A DNA stretch of 34,786 nt from Acidimicrobiales bacterium (GCA_030037405.1 JASHRK010000233.1:1-34786), one strand, 5' to 3'. Shown: positions 14,835 through 23,677, counted from the first letter of the stretch. Notes: generated by a model not told the origin, from the letters alone. Numbers and translations are program-made.

Positions 14835-17717
14835 ATGACGACGTTGCTCAAAGAACACGATCTCGGCACTCCGCCGAGGCTCGGGGATCTCGTGACCGTC
14901 GAGGTCGACGGCATGCCGGTGAGCGTGCCCGTCGGGACCTCGGTGATGCGCGCATCGGCGCTGGCAGGCGTCGACGTGCCGAAGCTGTGCGCAACGGACT
15001 CCCTGGAGGCGTTCGGCTCTTGCCGGCTCTGTCTCGTCGAGATAGAAGGCGTCCGCGGCACGCCGGCGTCTTGCACGACACCGGTGGCCGACGGGATGCG
15101 GATCTCCACCCAGACCCCGCGACTCGAGAAGCTCCGGCGCGGGGTGATGGAGCTGTACATCTCGGACCACCCCCTCGACTGCCTCACCTGCCCGGCCAAC
15201 GGAGACTGCGAGCTGCAGGACATGGCCGGCGTGGTCGGCCTGCGCGACGTCCGCTACGGCTACGCGGGCGAGAACCACTTCGAGGAGAAGACGGACGCCA
15301 GCAACCCGTACTTCAGCTTCGACCCGACCAAGTGCATCGTCTGCTCGCGCTGTGTCCGCGCCTGCGAGGAGGTCCAGGGGACGTTTGCCCTCACGATCGA
15401 GGGGCGCGGCTTCTCCTCCAAGGTCTCGCCGAGCGGGACGAGCTTTTTCGATTCGGAGTGCGTCTCCTGCGGCGCCTGCGTCCAGGTGTGCCCGACCTCG
15501 ACTCTCGAGGAGAAGTCGCTGATATCCCTCGGCGTGCCCCGGCGCACGGTGCTCACGACGTGCGCCTACTGCGGGGTCGGCTGCTCGTTCAAGGCGGAGC
15601 TGCGCGGGGACGAGGTAGTGCGCATGGTCCCCTACAAAGACGGCGGGGCAAACGAGGGCCACTCGTGCGTGAAGGGTCGGTTTGCCTGGGGCTATGCGAC
15701 GCACAAGGACAGGATCCTCTCGCCGATGGTGCGCGAGTCGAGCGACGAACCGTGGCGGGAGGTCTCCTGGGAGGAGGCGATCTCCTACGCCGCCACGAGG
15801 CTGAAGGCGATCCAGGAGCGCCACGGCGCCGGCGCCATCGGTGGCATCACGTCGTCGCGCTGCACCGACGAAGAGGTCTTCGTCGTGCAGAAGATGGTAC
15901 GGGCAGCCTTCGGGAACAACAACGTCGACACCTGCGCTCGCGTGTGCCACTCCCCCACCGGCTACGGGCTGAAGACGACGTTCGGCACCTCGGCGGGCAC
16001 GCAGGACTTCCGTTCGGTCGAGCACGCGGACGTCATCCTCGTGATCGGGGCCAACCCGACAGACGCCCATCCGGTCTTCGCATCCCGGATGAAGCGGCGG
16101 TTGCGCAGCGGCGCCAAGCTCGTCGTAATCGACCCGCGGCGAATCGACCTCGTGCGCACGCCGCACGTCGAGGCGCTGCACCACCTCCAGCTGCAGCCGG
16201 GCACGAATGTGGCTCTCATGAACGCACTGGGGCACGTCGTCGTCACGGAGGATCTCGTCGACCGGGAGTTCGTGAGCGAGCGTTGCGAGGACGACAGCTT
16301 CGCCGTGTGGAGCGAGTTCGTCTCGCGCCCGGAGAACAGCCCCGAGGCGCTGGCTCCCGTGACGGGTGTACCTGCAGAGGACATCCGAGCGGTGGCCCGG
16401 CTGTACGCGCAGGGCCCGAACTCCGCCATCTACTACGGGCTCGGGGTGACGGAGCACAGCCAGGGCTCGACGATGGTCATGGCCATGGCGAACCTCGCCA
16501 TGGCGACCGGCAACATCGGACGTGACGGCGTGGGCGTGAACCCCCTGCGGGGTCAGAACAACGTCCAGGGCTCTTGCGACATGGGTTCGTTCCCCCACGA
16601 GTTCGCCGGCTACCGCCACGTCGGGGACGACTCGGTACGCGCCATCTTCGAAGAGGCATGGGGCCGCGAGCTCGAGAGCGAGCCAGGGCTTCGGCTCCCC
16701 AACATGTTCGACGCCGCCGTTGACGGCACCTTCCGAGGCCTTTTCGTCCAGGGAGAAGACGTCGCGCAGTCGGACCCGAACACCAAGCACGTGAAGGCGG
16801 CGCTTGCCTCCCTCGACCTCCTCATCGTGCAGGACCTCTTCCTGAACGAGACTGCGGCGTTCGCGCACGTGTTCTTCCCGGGGACTTCGTTTCTCGAGAA
16901 GGACGGGACGTTCATCAACGCCGAGCGGCGTGTCAACCGTGTCCGGCCGGTCATGCGTCCGCGCAACGGCAAGCAGGAGTGGGAAGTCGTCTGCGAGCTC
17001 TCTCGAGCGCTCGGATACGAGATGCACTACGACAACGCCTCGGAGATCATGGACGAGATCGCCCGCACCACGCCGACGTTCGCCGGAGTCTCCTTCGAGC
17101 TTCTCGACAAGGTGGGAAGCGTCCAGTGGCCCTGCAACGAGAAGGCGCCGCTCGGCACGCCCGTGATGCATATCGGTCAGTTCGTCCGCGGCAAGGGCCA
17201 CTTCGCCGAGACGCCGTTCGTCCCGACCGAGGAGCGCACGAACCGGCGCTTCCCCCTCATCCTCACGACCGGGCGCATCCTCACCCAGTACAACGTCGGC
17301 GCCCAGACCCGGAGGACCGACAACGTCCTCTGGCACGGGGAGGACGTTCTCGACATGCACCCCTTCGACGCCGAGGACCGCGGGATCTCAGACGGCGACC
17401 TCGTCACCCTCGCCAGCCGGGTCGGTGAGACGACACTGCACGCTCGCATCAGCGACAAGATGCCCCAGGGCGTCGTCTACACGACGTTCCACTTCCCCGC
17501 CACCTCGGCCAACGTCGTCACGACCGAGTTCTCGGACTGGGCGACGAACTGCCCGGAGTACAAGGTCACCGCAGTGCAGGTGCGGGCGAGAAGCCGCGAG
17601 CCGATCGAAGAGTCCTCAGAAGCGGCCGGGCGCAGCTCTCACAGAGAGCCCTCCCCCGCCAATACGCATCCCGAGGACGAGCGACACGGAGTTCTCGCTC
17701 GAGGCCGCGTCCGCTAG
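14835..17717 (+). CDS. fdsA: NAD-dependent formate dehydrogenase alpha subunit (molybdopterin; N-terminal NuoG-like Fe-S domains), Cys-type
   Basis: ATG at 14835 preceded by GGAGG (14825-14829). It has N-terminal 2Fe-2S and 4Fe-4S Cys clusters, then a MopB domain. The active-site context CARVCHSPTG shows Cys-His, with no in-frame TGA. The track's extension to 14766 overlaps fdsB and was rejected. Confidence 0.93.
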   Translation: MTTLLKEHDLGTPPRLGDLVTVEVDGMPVSVPVGTSVMRASALAGVDVPKLCATDSLEAFGSCRLCLVEIEGVRGTPASCTTPVADGMRISTQTPRLEKLRRGVMELYISDHPLDCLTCPANGDCELQDMAGVVGLRDVRYGYAGENHFEEKTDASNPYFSFDPTKCIVCSRCVRACEEVQGTFALTIEGRGFSSKVSPSGTSFFDSECVSCGACVQVCPTSTLEEKSLISLGVPRRTVLTTCAYCGVGCSFKAELRGDEVVRMVPYKDGGANEGHSCVKGRFAWGYATHKDRILSPMVRESSDEPWREVSWEEAISYAATRLKAIQERHGAGAIGGITSSRCTDEEVFVVQKMVRAAFGNNNVDTCARVCHSPTGYGLKTTFGTSAGTQDFRSVEHADVILVIGANPTDAHPVFASRMKRRLRSGAKLVVIDPRRIDLVRTPHVEALHHLQLQPGTNVALMNALGHVVVTEDLVDREFVSERCEDDSFAVWSEFVSRPENSPEALAPVTGVPAEDIRAVARLYAQGPNSAIYYGLGVTEHSQGSTMVMAMANLAMATGNIGRDGVGVNPLRGQNNVQGSCDMGSFPHEFAGYRHVGDDSVRAIFEEAWGRELESEPGLRLPNMFDAAVDGTFRGLFVQGEDVAQSDPNTKHVKAALASLDLLIVQDLFLNETAAFAHVFFPGTSFLEKDGTFINAERRVNRVRPVMRPRNGKQEWEVVCELSRALGYEMHYDNASEIMDEIARTTPTFAGVSFELLDKVGSVQWPCNEKAPLGTPVMHIGQFVRGKGHFAETPFVPTEERTNRRFPLILTTGRILTQYNVGAQTRRTDNVLWHGEDVLDMHPFDAEDRGISDGDLVTLASRVGETTLHARISDKMPQGVVYTTFHFPATSANVVTTEFSDWATNCPEYKVTAVQVRARSREPIEESSEAAGRSSHREPSPANTHPEDERHGVLARGRVR

Positions 17718-17756
17718 CCGCAGCCTCGCTTCCCAGCAGGCCCTGGAGGACGATAC

Positions 17757-17969
17757 GTGGCGAGCTCCGACCTCGTCAGGATGGCGAACGACATCGCGGC
17801 GAACTTCCGCTATCTCGGCACGGAGAAGGCAGCCGCGAGCGTCGCCAATCACATCCGCATGTTCTGGGCGCCGGCGATGCGGACCGAGCTTCTCGAGCTC
17901 GCTCGCGGCACGGGCACCCCCCTCGACCCCGTGGTGATCGCCGCCTGCCAGGTGCTGAAGACGAGCTAG
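17757..17969 (+). CDS. fdsD: Formate dehydrogenase delta subunit (FdsD family)
   Basis: 70 aa, LVRMANDIAANFRYLG...HIRMFWAPAMR, which matches the FdsD pattern. GTG start with GGAGG 7 nt upstream (17745-17749). Confidence 0.75.
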   Translation: MASSDLVRMANDIAANFRYLGTEKAAASVANHIRMFWAPAMRTELLELARGTGTPLDPVVIAACQVLKTS

Positions 17970-18084
17970 GCGCAACAGGCTCGGGCGGTCTTCATGTTTC
18001 CATCAGGTTCGAAGTCCAGAATCCCCTTGGATGGTAAGAGGCGGTGTCCGGGTTAGAAGAGGAACCCGGGAGATAGGCGTAACG

Positions 18085-19671
18085 ATGTCTCCAGAATCGG
18101 ATGCTCCCGGTAGCGAACAGCATGTCCCCGACGCCGGTGGGCCCGCGGTGGCTGGCGCGGTAGACAGCGAATCGAGCGCGCCCCGGCGGCGGTTCCGCCG
18201 GCGTGCTCACACTCGTCGCAAGCGCAGCTGGCGACGAAGGCTTCTCATCACCGTCCTCAGCATCGTCGTGCTGCTCGCTCTCATAGTCGCCGCCGGACTT
18301 GGCTACGTCGCTTACCGCAACGGCCAGATCAAGCGCATCCACGTCAGTCATCTCGCGGCGCCGGCGAAGTCCGGGCCGGAGGTGGGGACGCAGACCTTCC
18401 TTCTCATCGGGTCGACCTCGCGCTGCGCCCTGAAGAAGCAGAACGCTGCGTTCGGGCTCTGCTCAGAGGGGGTAAACGGCGTCAACAGCGATGTCATCAT
18501 CCTTCTCAGGGCCGACGCGAAGACGCACTCGATCTCGGTTCTCTCGATCCCTCGTGACACCGTCCTGTACGGGGTTCGCCCCGTCGACCAGTTCTACAAG
18601 ATCGACGCCGCCCTCGCCGACGGCCCCGGTCAGCTCGTCAACGTGATCGAGCAGGACTACGGCATCCCGATCAACCACTTCGTCGACCTCAACTTCGACA
18701 GCTTCATGAGCGTGGTGAACGCCATCGGCGGTATCGACATGTACTTCCCCTACCCGGAGTACGACGACTACTCCTCTCTCGATATCAAGACCGCCGGCTG
18801 CCACCACCTGAACGGCTTCGAGGCGCTCGCCGTCGTGCGCGCACGACACCTCAGCTACTACGTCGACGGTCAGTGGGAGTACGACGGCACGGGCGACCTC
18901 GGAAGGATCCTGCGGGTGCACGAGTTCCTGAAGGTGCTGGCCGCCACGATGGAGAGACGCGGCCTCGACAACCCGCTCACCGACAACTCCATCCTCGGCG
19001 CCATCGCTCCCCAGCTGACCGTCGACTCGAAGCTTTCCCTCTCCGACATGGTGCACCTGGTTCTCGCCTTCCACTCCTTCAACCCGTCCTCTGCACCCAT
19101 GGCGACGATGCCCAACGTCGAGGACTTCGAGGACTACATGTTCGAGGGCTACGACTTCGGATCGGTCGTTCTCCCCACGTATCCTCAGGACCAGGAGGCG
19201 ATCGACAAGTTCGAGGGGCTCGCCAAGCCGCCCGGGTCGAGCATCTCCCCGAAGAGAATCTCCGTCTCGGTCGTGAACGGCACCTCCCAGGCGGGAGACG
19301 AGACCGAGGTCGCCTCGAAGCTCTCGTCGCTCGGCTACCACGTCGTCTCCACGAGCACGGCAACCCCCGTCGGACCCCTCTCCGAGACGGTCGTCTATTA
19401 CCGGGCCGGCCACCTGCTCGACGCCGAGCGGGTCGTGCAGTCGCTCCACGGCATCGTCTCCATGGCGCTCGGCCCTACTCAGGACGGTGCCGAGGTGAGC
19501 GTCGTGACCGGTTCGAACGCCTCGGTCATCGTGCCTACACCAGGGCACTCGAGCCACCAGCATCACACCGCCGCCGCGTCTTCGGCGACGAGCGACGAGG
19601 ATCTCGGTGCTCCGAGCGCGGCCATCCAGCAACTTCCGGCCTGGGACCCCCGCGCCTGCTCCAACTCCTGA
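18085..19671 (+). CDS. LytR-CpsA-Psr (LCP) family cell-envelope phosphotransferase with C-terminal LytR_C domain
   Basis: Arg-rich cytoplasmic tail, one TM (LLITVLSIVVLLALIVAAGLGYVAY), an LCP core (FLLIGS...SDVIILLRADAKTHSISVLSIPRDT...INHFVDLNFDSFMSVVNAIGGIDMYF) and LytR_C (ISVSVVNGTSQAGDETEVASKLSSLGYHV). ATG 18085 is preferred over 18031: only about 9 of the 18 upstream codons end in G/C. Confidence 0.87.
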   Translation: MSPESDAPGSEQHVPDAGGPAVAGAVDSESSAPRRRFRRRAHTRRKRSWRRRLLITVLSIVVLLALIVAAGLGYVAYRNGQIKRIHVSHLAAPAKSGPEVGTQTFLLIGSTSRCALKKQNAAFGLCSEGVNGVNSDVIILLRADAKTHSISVLSIPRDTVLYGVRPVDQFYKIDAALADGPGQLVNVIEQDYGIPINHFVDLNFDSFMSVVNAIGGIDMYFPYPEYDDYSSLDIKTAGCHHLNGFEALAVVRARHLSYYVDGQWEYDGTGDLGRILRVHEFLKVLAATMERRGLDNPLTDNSILGAIAPQLTVDSKLSLSDMVHLVLAFHSFNPSSAPMATMPNVEDFEDYMFEGYDFGSVVLPTYPQDQEAIDKFEGLAKPPGSSISPKRISVSVVNGTSQAGDETEVASKLSSLGYHVVSTSTATPVGPLSETVVYYRAGHLLDAERVVQSLHGIVSMALGPTQDGAEVSVVTGSNASVIVPTPGHSSHQHHTAAASSATSDEDLGAPSAAIQQLPAWDPRACSNS

Positions 19672-19713
19672 GCCTCGGGACGCAGCTCCTCGAGTCAGCT
19701 CCCAGCTCATTAA

Positions 19714-19747
19714 GTAAACTTGCAACGGTTTCCGTTTCCTGTAAACT
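19714..19747 (+). promoter_or_regulatory. Candidate promoter (-35 TTGCAA 19720-19725, 16-nt spacer, -10 TAAACT 19742-19747) with embedded repeats (GTAAAC at 19714 and 19741; tandem GTTTCC-GTTTCC at 19728-19739); probable metal-regulator operator
   Basis: This is the most AT-rich stretch of this intergenic region. The -10 ends 7 nt before the ATG at 19755 and there is no Shine-Dalgarno, so the mRNA would be leaderless. The repeats sit in the spacer, where a repressor would occlude RNA polymerase. Confidence 0.4.
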
Positions 19748-19754
19748 CTCTGCA

Positions 19755-20690
19755 ATGCTTACCGATAAGGTCTGGCGGGCGGCAGTGGCGATCGTCGTCT
19801 CCGCAGCCGTCGCGGGGATGACCCTCGGTGCGTGCAGCTCTTCAGGGGCGGCGCCAAAGGACGGCAGGATCGCCGTGGTCGCCGCCGAGAACGAGTACGG
19901 GAACGTGGCCTCCCAGATCGGCGGGCGCTACGTCTCGGTGTCGTCGATCGAGAGCAACCCCAACACCGATCCCCACGACTACGAGGTGAGCCCTGGAGTC
20001 GCCGGAGAGGTGAGCCGGGCGCAGGTGGTCATCCAGAACGGCATCGGTTACGACGACTACATGTCGAAGATAGAGTCCGCCTCCCCCAACGCCAAGCGGC
20101 GGGTGATCGACGTCCAGGAGTTGCTGGGGCTGCCGGACAGCACGCCGAACCCCCATCTCTGGTACAACCCGGTGACGATGCCCAAGGTCGCCAAGGCTCT
20201 CGCCTCCGACCTCGGCTCGATCGAGCCCGTGCATGCCTCCTACTTCAAGGCGAACGCGAGCAAGTTCGTCGCCTCTCTCGACCCCTGGCTGAAGGCGATC
20301 GCCCGTTTCAAGGCGACCTTCCCCGGCACTCCGGTCGCCACGACCGAGCCGGTGGCCGACTACATGCTCGAGGCAGCCGGGACGCGCAATCTGACACCGT
20401 TCAGCCTGCAGGCTGACATCATGAACGGTGTCGACCCCTCGCCCGAAGCCGTCTCGATCCAGGATGGCCTCTTCAGCCACCACAAGGTCAAAGTCTTCGT
20501 CTACAACCAGCAGGTGACGGACTCTCTTACGCAAAGCTTCGTCACGGCCGCGAGAAAAGCCGGCATCCCCGTCGTCGGCGTCTACGAGACGATGCCCGTC
20601 CCTGGCTACGACTACCAGTCCTGGATGCTTGCTGAGGTGAAGGCGCTCTACAGAGCCGTCGCGGCCAAGGTCTCGACGGTGAGGCTGTAA
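19755..20690 (+). CDS. Metal ABC transporter substrate-binding lipoprotein (cluster 9, ZnuA/TroA/MntC family)
   Basis: 311 aa with the lipobox MTLGAC. It has DPHDYE and NPHLWY metal-ligand His motifs and a long backbone-helix region. It is the 3' part of the artefactual 605-aa ORF 18873-20690. Confidence 0.87.
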   Translation: MLTDKVWRAAVAIVVSAAVAGMTLGACSSSGAAPKDGRIAVVAAENEYGNVASQIGGRYVSVSSIESNPNTDPHDYEVSPGVAGEVSRAQVVIQNGIGYDDYMSKIESASPNAKRRVIDVQELLGLPDSTPNPHLWYNPVTMPKVAKALASDLGSIEPVHASYFKANASKFVASLDPWLKAIARFKATFPGTPVATTEPVADYMLEAAGTRNLTPFSLQADIMNGVDPSPEAVSIQDGLFSHHKVKVFVYNQQVTDSLTQSFVTAARKAGIPVVGVYETMPVPGYDYQSWMLAEVKALYRAVAAKVSTVRL

Positions 20691-20692
20691 CG

Positions 20693-21595
20693 ATGGCGCA
20701 CACGATCCTCGCCTCCGCCGAGAGCTCGGGCGAGAGCTCCGGCGAGAACGCCATCGCCCGCCGGCAGAGCCAAGAGAACGGCTCGCAGGAGATCCTCTCG
20801 GTCGATTCGGTGAGCGTTCACCTGGATGGCCGCCAGGTCCTTCGTGACGTGAGCTTCGTCCTCAAAGAGGGCGAGCTGACGGGGCTCATCGGGTCCAACG
20901 GAGCCGGGAAGACCACGCTGTTCCGGGTCATCCTCGGACTCGTCGCCCCGACGTCGGGCGAGGTTCTCCTCGCCGGTGCCCCGCGCTCTCGCCGCAACCG
21001 GCTCGTCGGCTACCTCCCCCAGGACGTCTCGCTCGATCCGGACATGCCGCTTCGAGCCCGCGACCTCGTCGCTCTCGGCGTCGACGGCCACCGTCTCGGC
21101 CTCCCTCTCCCCTCGGCGGCGAGACGTGCTCTCGTCGACGAGATGCTGGAGGCCGTCGAGGCCTCGTCTTTCGCCAACGCCCGGGTCGGCAAGCTCTCGG
21201 GCGGAGAGCAGCAGCGGGTTCTCATCGCCCACGCCCTCGTCGGCCGGCCCCGGCTGCTGCTCCTCGACGAGCCCTTGGCCAACCTCGACCTGAGAAGCGA
21301 GCAGGAGGTCGTCGCCCTCCTCGCCCGCATCTCCACCGAGCAGGGCGTCGCCATCCTGATCTCCACCCATGACATCAACCCGCTCGTTCCCGTGATGGAC
21401 CGTGTCGTCTACCTAGCGTCGGGGCGGGCCGCCAGTGGTACCACCGACGAAGTCGTGACGACGGAGGCGCTGAGCGCCCTCTACGGGCACCACGTCGACG
21501 TCGTCCACGTGCACGACAGGGTGCTCGTCGTGGCCGGGCGGGAGCCCGTCGCCTACCGCCACAGGCAAGAAGAGCCTGTCGTGGAGGTGATCTGA
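20693..21595 (+). CDS. Metal ABC transporter ATP-binding protein
   Basis: Walker A GSNGAGKTT, signature LSGGEQQRV, Walker B LLLLDEP. There is a 45-aa N-terminal extension with a duplicated ESSGE motif and high GC3, so it is probably translated. Confidence 0.9.
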   Translation: MAHTILASAESSGESSGENAIARRQSQENGSQEILSVDSVSVHLDGRQVLRDVSFVLKEGELTGLIGSNGAGKTTLFRVILGLVAPTSGEVLLAGAPRSRRNRLVGYLPQDVSLDPDMPLRARDLVALGVDGHRLGLPLPSAARRALVDEMLEAVEASSFANARVGKLSGGEQQRVLIAHALVGRPRLLLLDEPLANLDLRSEQEVVALLARISTEQGVAILISTHDINPLVPVMDRVVYLASGRAASGTTDEVVTTEALSALYGHHVDVVHVHDRVLVVAGREPVAYRHRQEEPVVEVI

Positions 21596-21599
21596 GAGC

Positions 21600-22472
21600 G
21601 TGGTGGCGGGGCTCGCTCCGGTGATCGAGCCAGGTTTCTTCTCGAACGGCCCGGTGCAGCTCGCTCTCACGGTCGGGGGCGTCGTCGCCGTCGTCTCAGG
21701 GCTCGTCGGCACCTTCACGGTTGTGAGAGGGCAGTCCTTCGCCGGCCACTCGCTCGCCGACATCGGTACCGCGGGCGGCTCGGCCGCCTTCCTTCTCGGG
21801 GTGAGCCCTCTCTACGGTTTCTTCGCCATGAACCTCCTTGCCGCGGGCGCCATGGAGCTGATCGGGCTGAGGCGGCCGCGGGGCCGCGACCTTGCCACCG
21901 GGGTCGTCCTCGGAGCGGCCCTCGGGCTGGCAGCCCTCTTTCTCTATCTCGACACGACCTCTACGAGCACCACCGGCGCCACGATCAACGTCCTCTTCGG
22001 CTCCATCTTCACCCTCTCGACCTCCCTCGTGCCCGTCGTCGCCGTCTTCGGCGGTGTCGCCGTCGGACTGGTGCTCCTCCTCTACCGCCCTCTCCTGTTG
22101 AGCTCGTTGAGCGCCGACCTCGCTGCCGCCCGGGCTGTACGGGTGCGCCTGGTCGGCGCCGGCTACCTCGTCGCCCTCGCCTTTGCCGTCTCGCTCTCGG
22201 CCATCGCGATCGGCGCCATCCTCTCGACCGCCCTCTTGATCGGCCCCGCCGCCACCGCCCTGCGCCTCACGCGACGGCCAGGGCTCGCCATGGCGGCGGC
22301 CGCCGGGCTCGGCGTCCTCGCCACCTGGCTCGGCGTCCTCCTCGCCTACGACAGCTTCTACTGGCAACCGTCGTCGCAGGGCTGGCCCGTGAGCTTTTTC
22401 GTGGTGGCCCTCGTAGTGGTCCTCTTCCTCGCCGCCCAGGCCTTCGTGGCGATGCGGGAACGGCGCGTCTGA
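21600..22472 (+). CDS. Metal ABC transporter permease (ABC-3 family)
   Basis: 290 aa, 8-9 hydrophobic spans, GTG start with GGAGGTGA upstream. Confidence 0.87.
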   Translation: MVAGLAPVIEPGFFSNGPVQLALTVGGVVAVVSGLVGTFTVVRGQSFAGHSLADIGTAGGSAAFLLGVSPLYGFFAMNLLAAGAMELIGLRRPRGRDLATGVVLGAALGLAALFLYLDTTSTSTTGATINVLFGSIFTLSTSLVPVVAVFGGVAVGLVLLLYRPLLLSSLSADLAAARAVRVRLVGAGYLVALAFAVSLSAIAIGAILSTALLIGPAATALRLTRRPGLAMAAAAGLGVLATWLGVLLAYDSFYWQPSSQGWPVSFFVVALVVVLFLAAQAFVAMRERRV

Positions 22473-23314
22473 TGTTCGCCGACTTCATGGTCAACGCCTG
22501 GGTGGCGGCGACGATCGTCGCCGTGGTCGCAGGCGTGGTCGGCTACTTCACCGTCCTGCGAGGCTCCGCCTTCGCCGCCCACGCCCTCCCGAACGGCGCC
22601 TTCGCCGGTGCCGCCGGGGCAAGTCTCCTCGGCGTCAACGCGCTCGTGGGGCTGATCTCCTTCTCCCTCCTCGGCGCTCTTTCGATCGCCGCCCTCGGGC
22701 GCCGGGCCCGACACGACGTGGCCACGGCGCTCGTCGTCGTGATGATGCTCGGTCTCGGAGCGCTGTTTCTCTCGATGACGACCGAGTACGCACCGGAGAT
22801 CTTCGCCCTTCTCTTCGGCGAGGTCCTCGGCGTCAGCAGTAACGAGCTCGTGCCGACCGCTCTCATCGGGGCCGTCTCCATCGTCGCCATCCTCGCTCTC
22901 TACAGGCCGCTCACCATGTCCTCTGTCGTCCCGGAGATCGCCGAGTCGCGTGGCGTGTCCAGCAGGGCGATGGACCTCGCCTTCCTCGTCGTCCTCGCCC
23001 TCGTGACGACGATGGCGGTCCCCGTCGTAGGTGCCTTGCTGATCTTCAGCCTTCTTATCAGCCCTGCTGCCGCCGCCCGAGCCTTCACGAGCCGGCCCCT
23101 GCGCGCGGTCCTCCTCTCCGTCGCGCTCGCCCTCGCGACCGTCTGGGCGGCCATAGCCCTCTCGTATCTCTCCAACCTCCCGATCGGCTTCTTCGTCGGC
23201 GCCGTCGGAGCCCTCAACTACGGCCTCGCCAGAGGGTGGTCGGGCCGTCCCGGGAACAAGCCGCGCCCGGGGAGCAGCCGGCGTGGCTCAGGCGCAGTCC
23301 TCGCAGATGCCTGA
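22472..23314 (+). CDS. Metal ABC transporter permease (ABC-3 family), second subunit
   Basis: 280 aa, paralogous in layout to the previous permease. Its ATG overlaps the previous TGA (TGATG). Confidence 0.87.
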   Translation: MFADFMVNAWVAATIVAVVAGVVGYFTVLRGSAFAAHALPNGAFAGAAGASLLGVNALVGLISFSLLGALSIAALGRRARHDVATALVVVMMLGLGALFLSMTTEYAPEIFALLFGEVLGVSSNELVPTALIGAVSIVAILALYRPLTMSSVVPEIAESRGVSSRAMDLAFLVVLALVTTMAVPVVGALLIFSLLISPAAAARAFTSRPLRAVLLSVALALATVWAAIALSYLSNLPIGFFVGAVGALNYGLARGWSGRPGNKPRPGSSRRGSGAVLADA

Positions 23315-23677
23315 GATCTCCATGACGTGCGCCGTCTCGATGAAACCGTGGCCCCCGGCCAGGCGTCTCGCCCACGCCTCGATGTCGTGAGCGTCGAACT
23401 CCACCGTCTTGCCGCAACTTCGGCAGACGAGATGATGGTGGTGGGTACCGGTGGTGCAGCGGCGGTACAGCGCCTCGCCGTTCTCGCTTCGCACGCTGTC
23501 GATCTCGCCGGCCTCGGCCAGCATCCGCAACTGGGCGTAGACCGTCGTCAGTCCGACATGTTCGCCCGCCTGCCGGAGGCGGGCATGGAGCTCCTGGGCG
23601 CTCGTGAACTCCTCCGTGCGGTCGAGAAGCGAGGAGACGGCCTGCTTTTGGCGTGTCATCCGTGAGCTCGGCGGCAC
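23288..23677 (-). CDS. zur: Fur family zinc uptake regulator (Zur/FurB type)
   Basis: TRQKQAVSSLL...FTSAQELHARLRQAGEHVGLTTVYAQLRMLAEAGEI...YRRCTTGTHHHHLVCRSCGKTVEF...ISGICEDCA closely parallels mycobacterial FurB/Zur, with the HHHHLVCRSCG and CxxC structural Zn site. Alternative start at ATG 23659. Confidence 0.85.
   Translation of the reverse strand: MPPSSRMTRQKQAVSSLLDRTEEFTSAQELHARLRQAGEHVGLTTVYAQLRMLAEAGEIDSVRSENGEALYRRCTTGTHHHHLVCRSCGKTVEFDAHDIEAWARRLAGGHGFIETAHVMEISGICEDCA

Noticed and set aside
14835-17717. Possible selenocysteine (TGA recoding / SECIS) in the formate dehydrogenase alpha subunit
   Set aside because: The reading frame is continuous, and the active-site position is a Cys codon (RVCHSPT), so no recoding is needed.
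18006-18017. tRNA T-loop-like string GGTTCGAAGTCC in the fdsD-LCP intergenic region
   Set aside because: The flanking bases do not form a T-stem (CAGG / TCCAG are not complementary). No acceptor, D or anticodon arms can be drawn on either strand.
18873-19754. Upstream extensions that fuse real genes to out-of-frame readings of their neighbours: 18873-19754 (SBP), 27201-27887 (ABC ATPase), 32857-33633 (EAL), 12408-12770 (fdsG), 14766-14834 (fdsA), 18031-18084 (LCP), 24710-24892 (hydroxylase) and 24875-24904 (second SBP)
   Set aside because: The extensions overlap other genes or have non-coding-like composition. Internal starts have good Shine-Dalgarno sequences and give normal-length proteins with proper signal peptides or lipoboxes.
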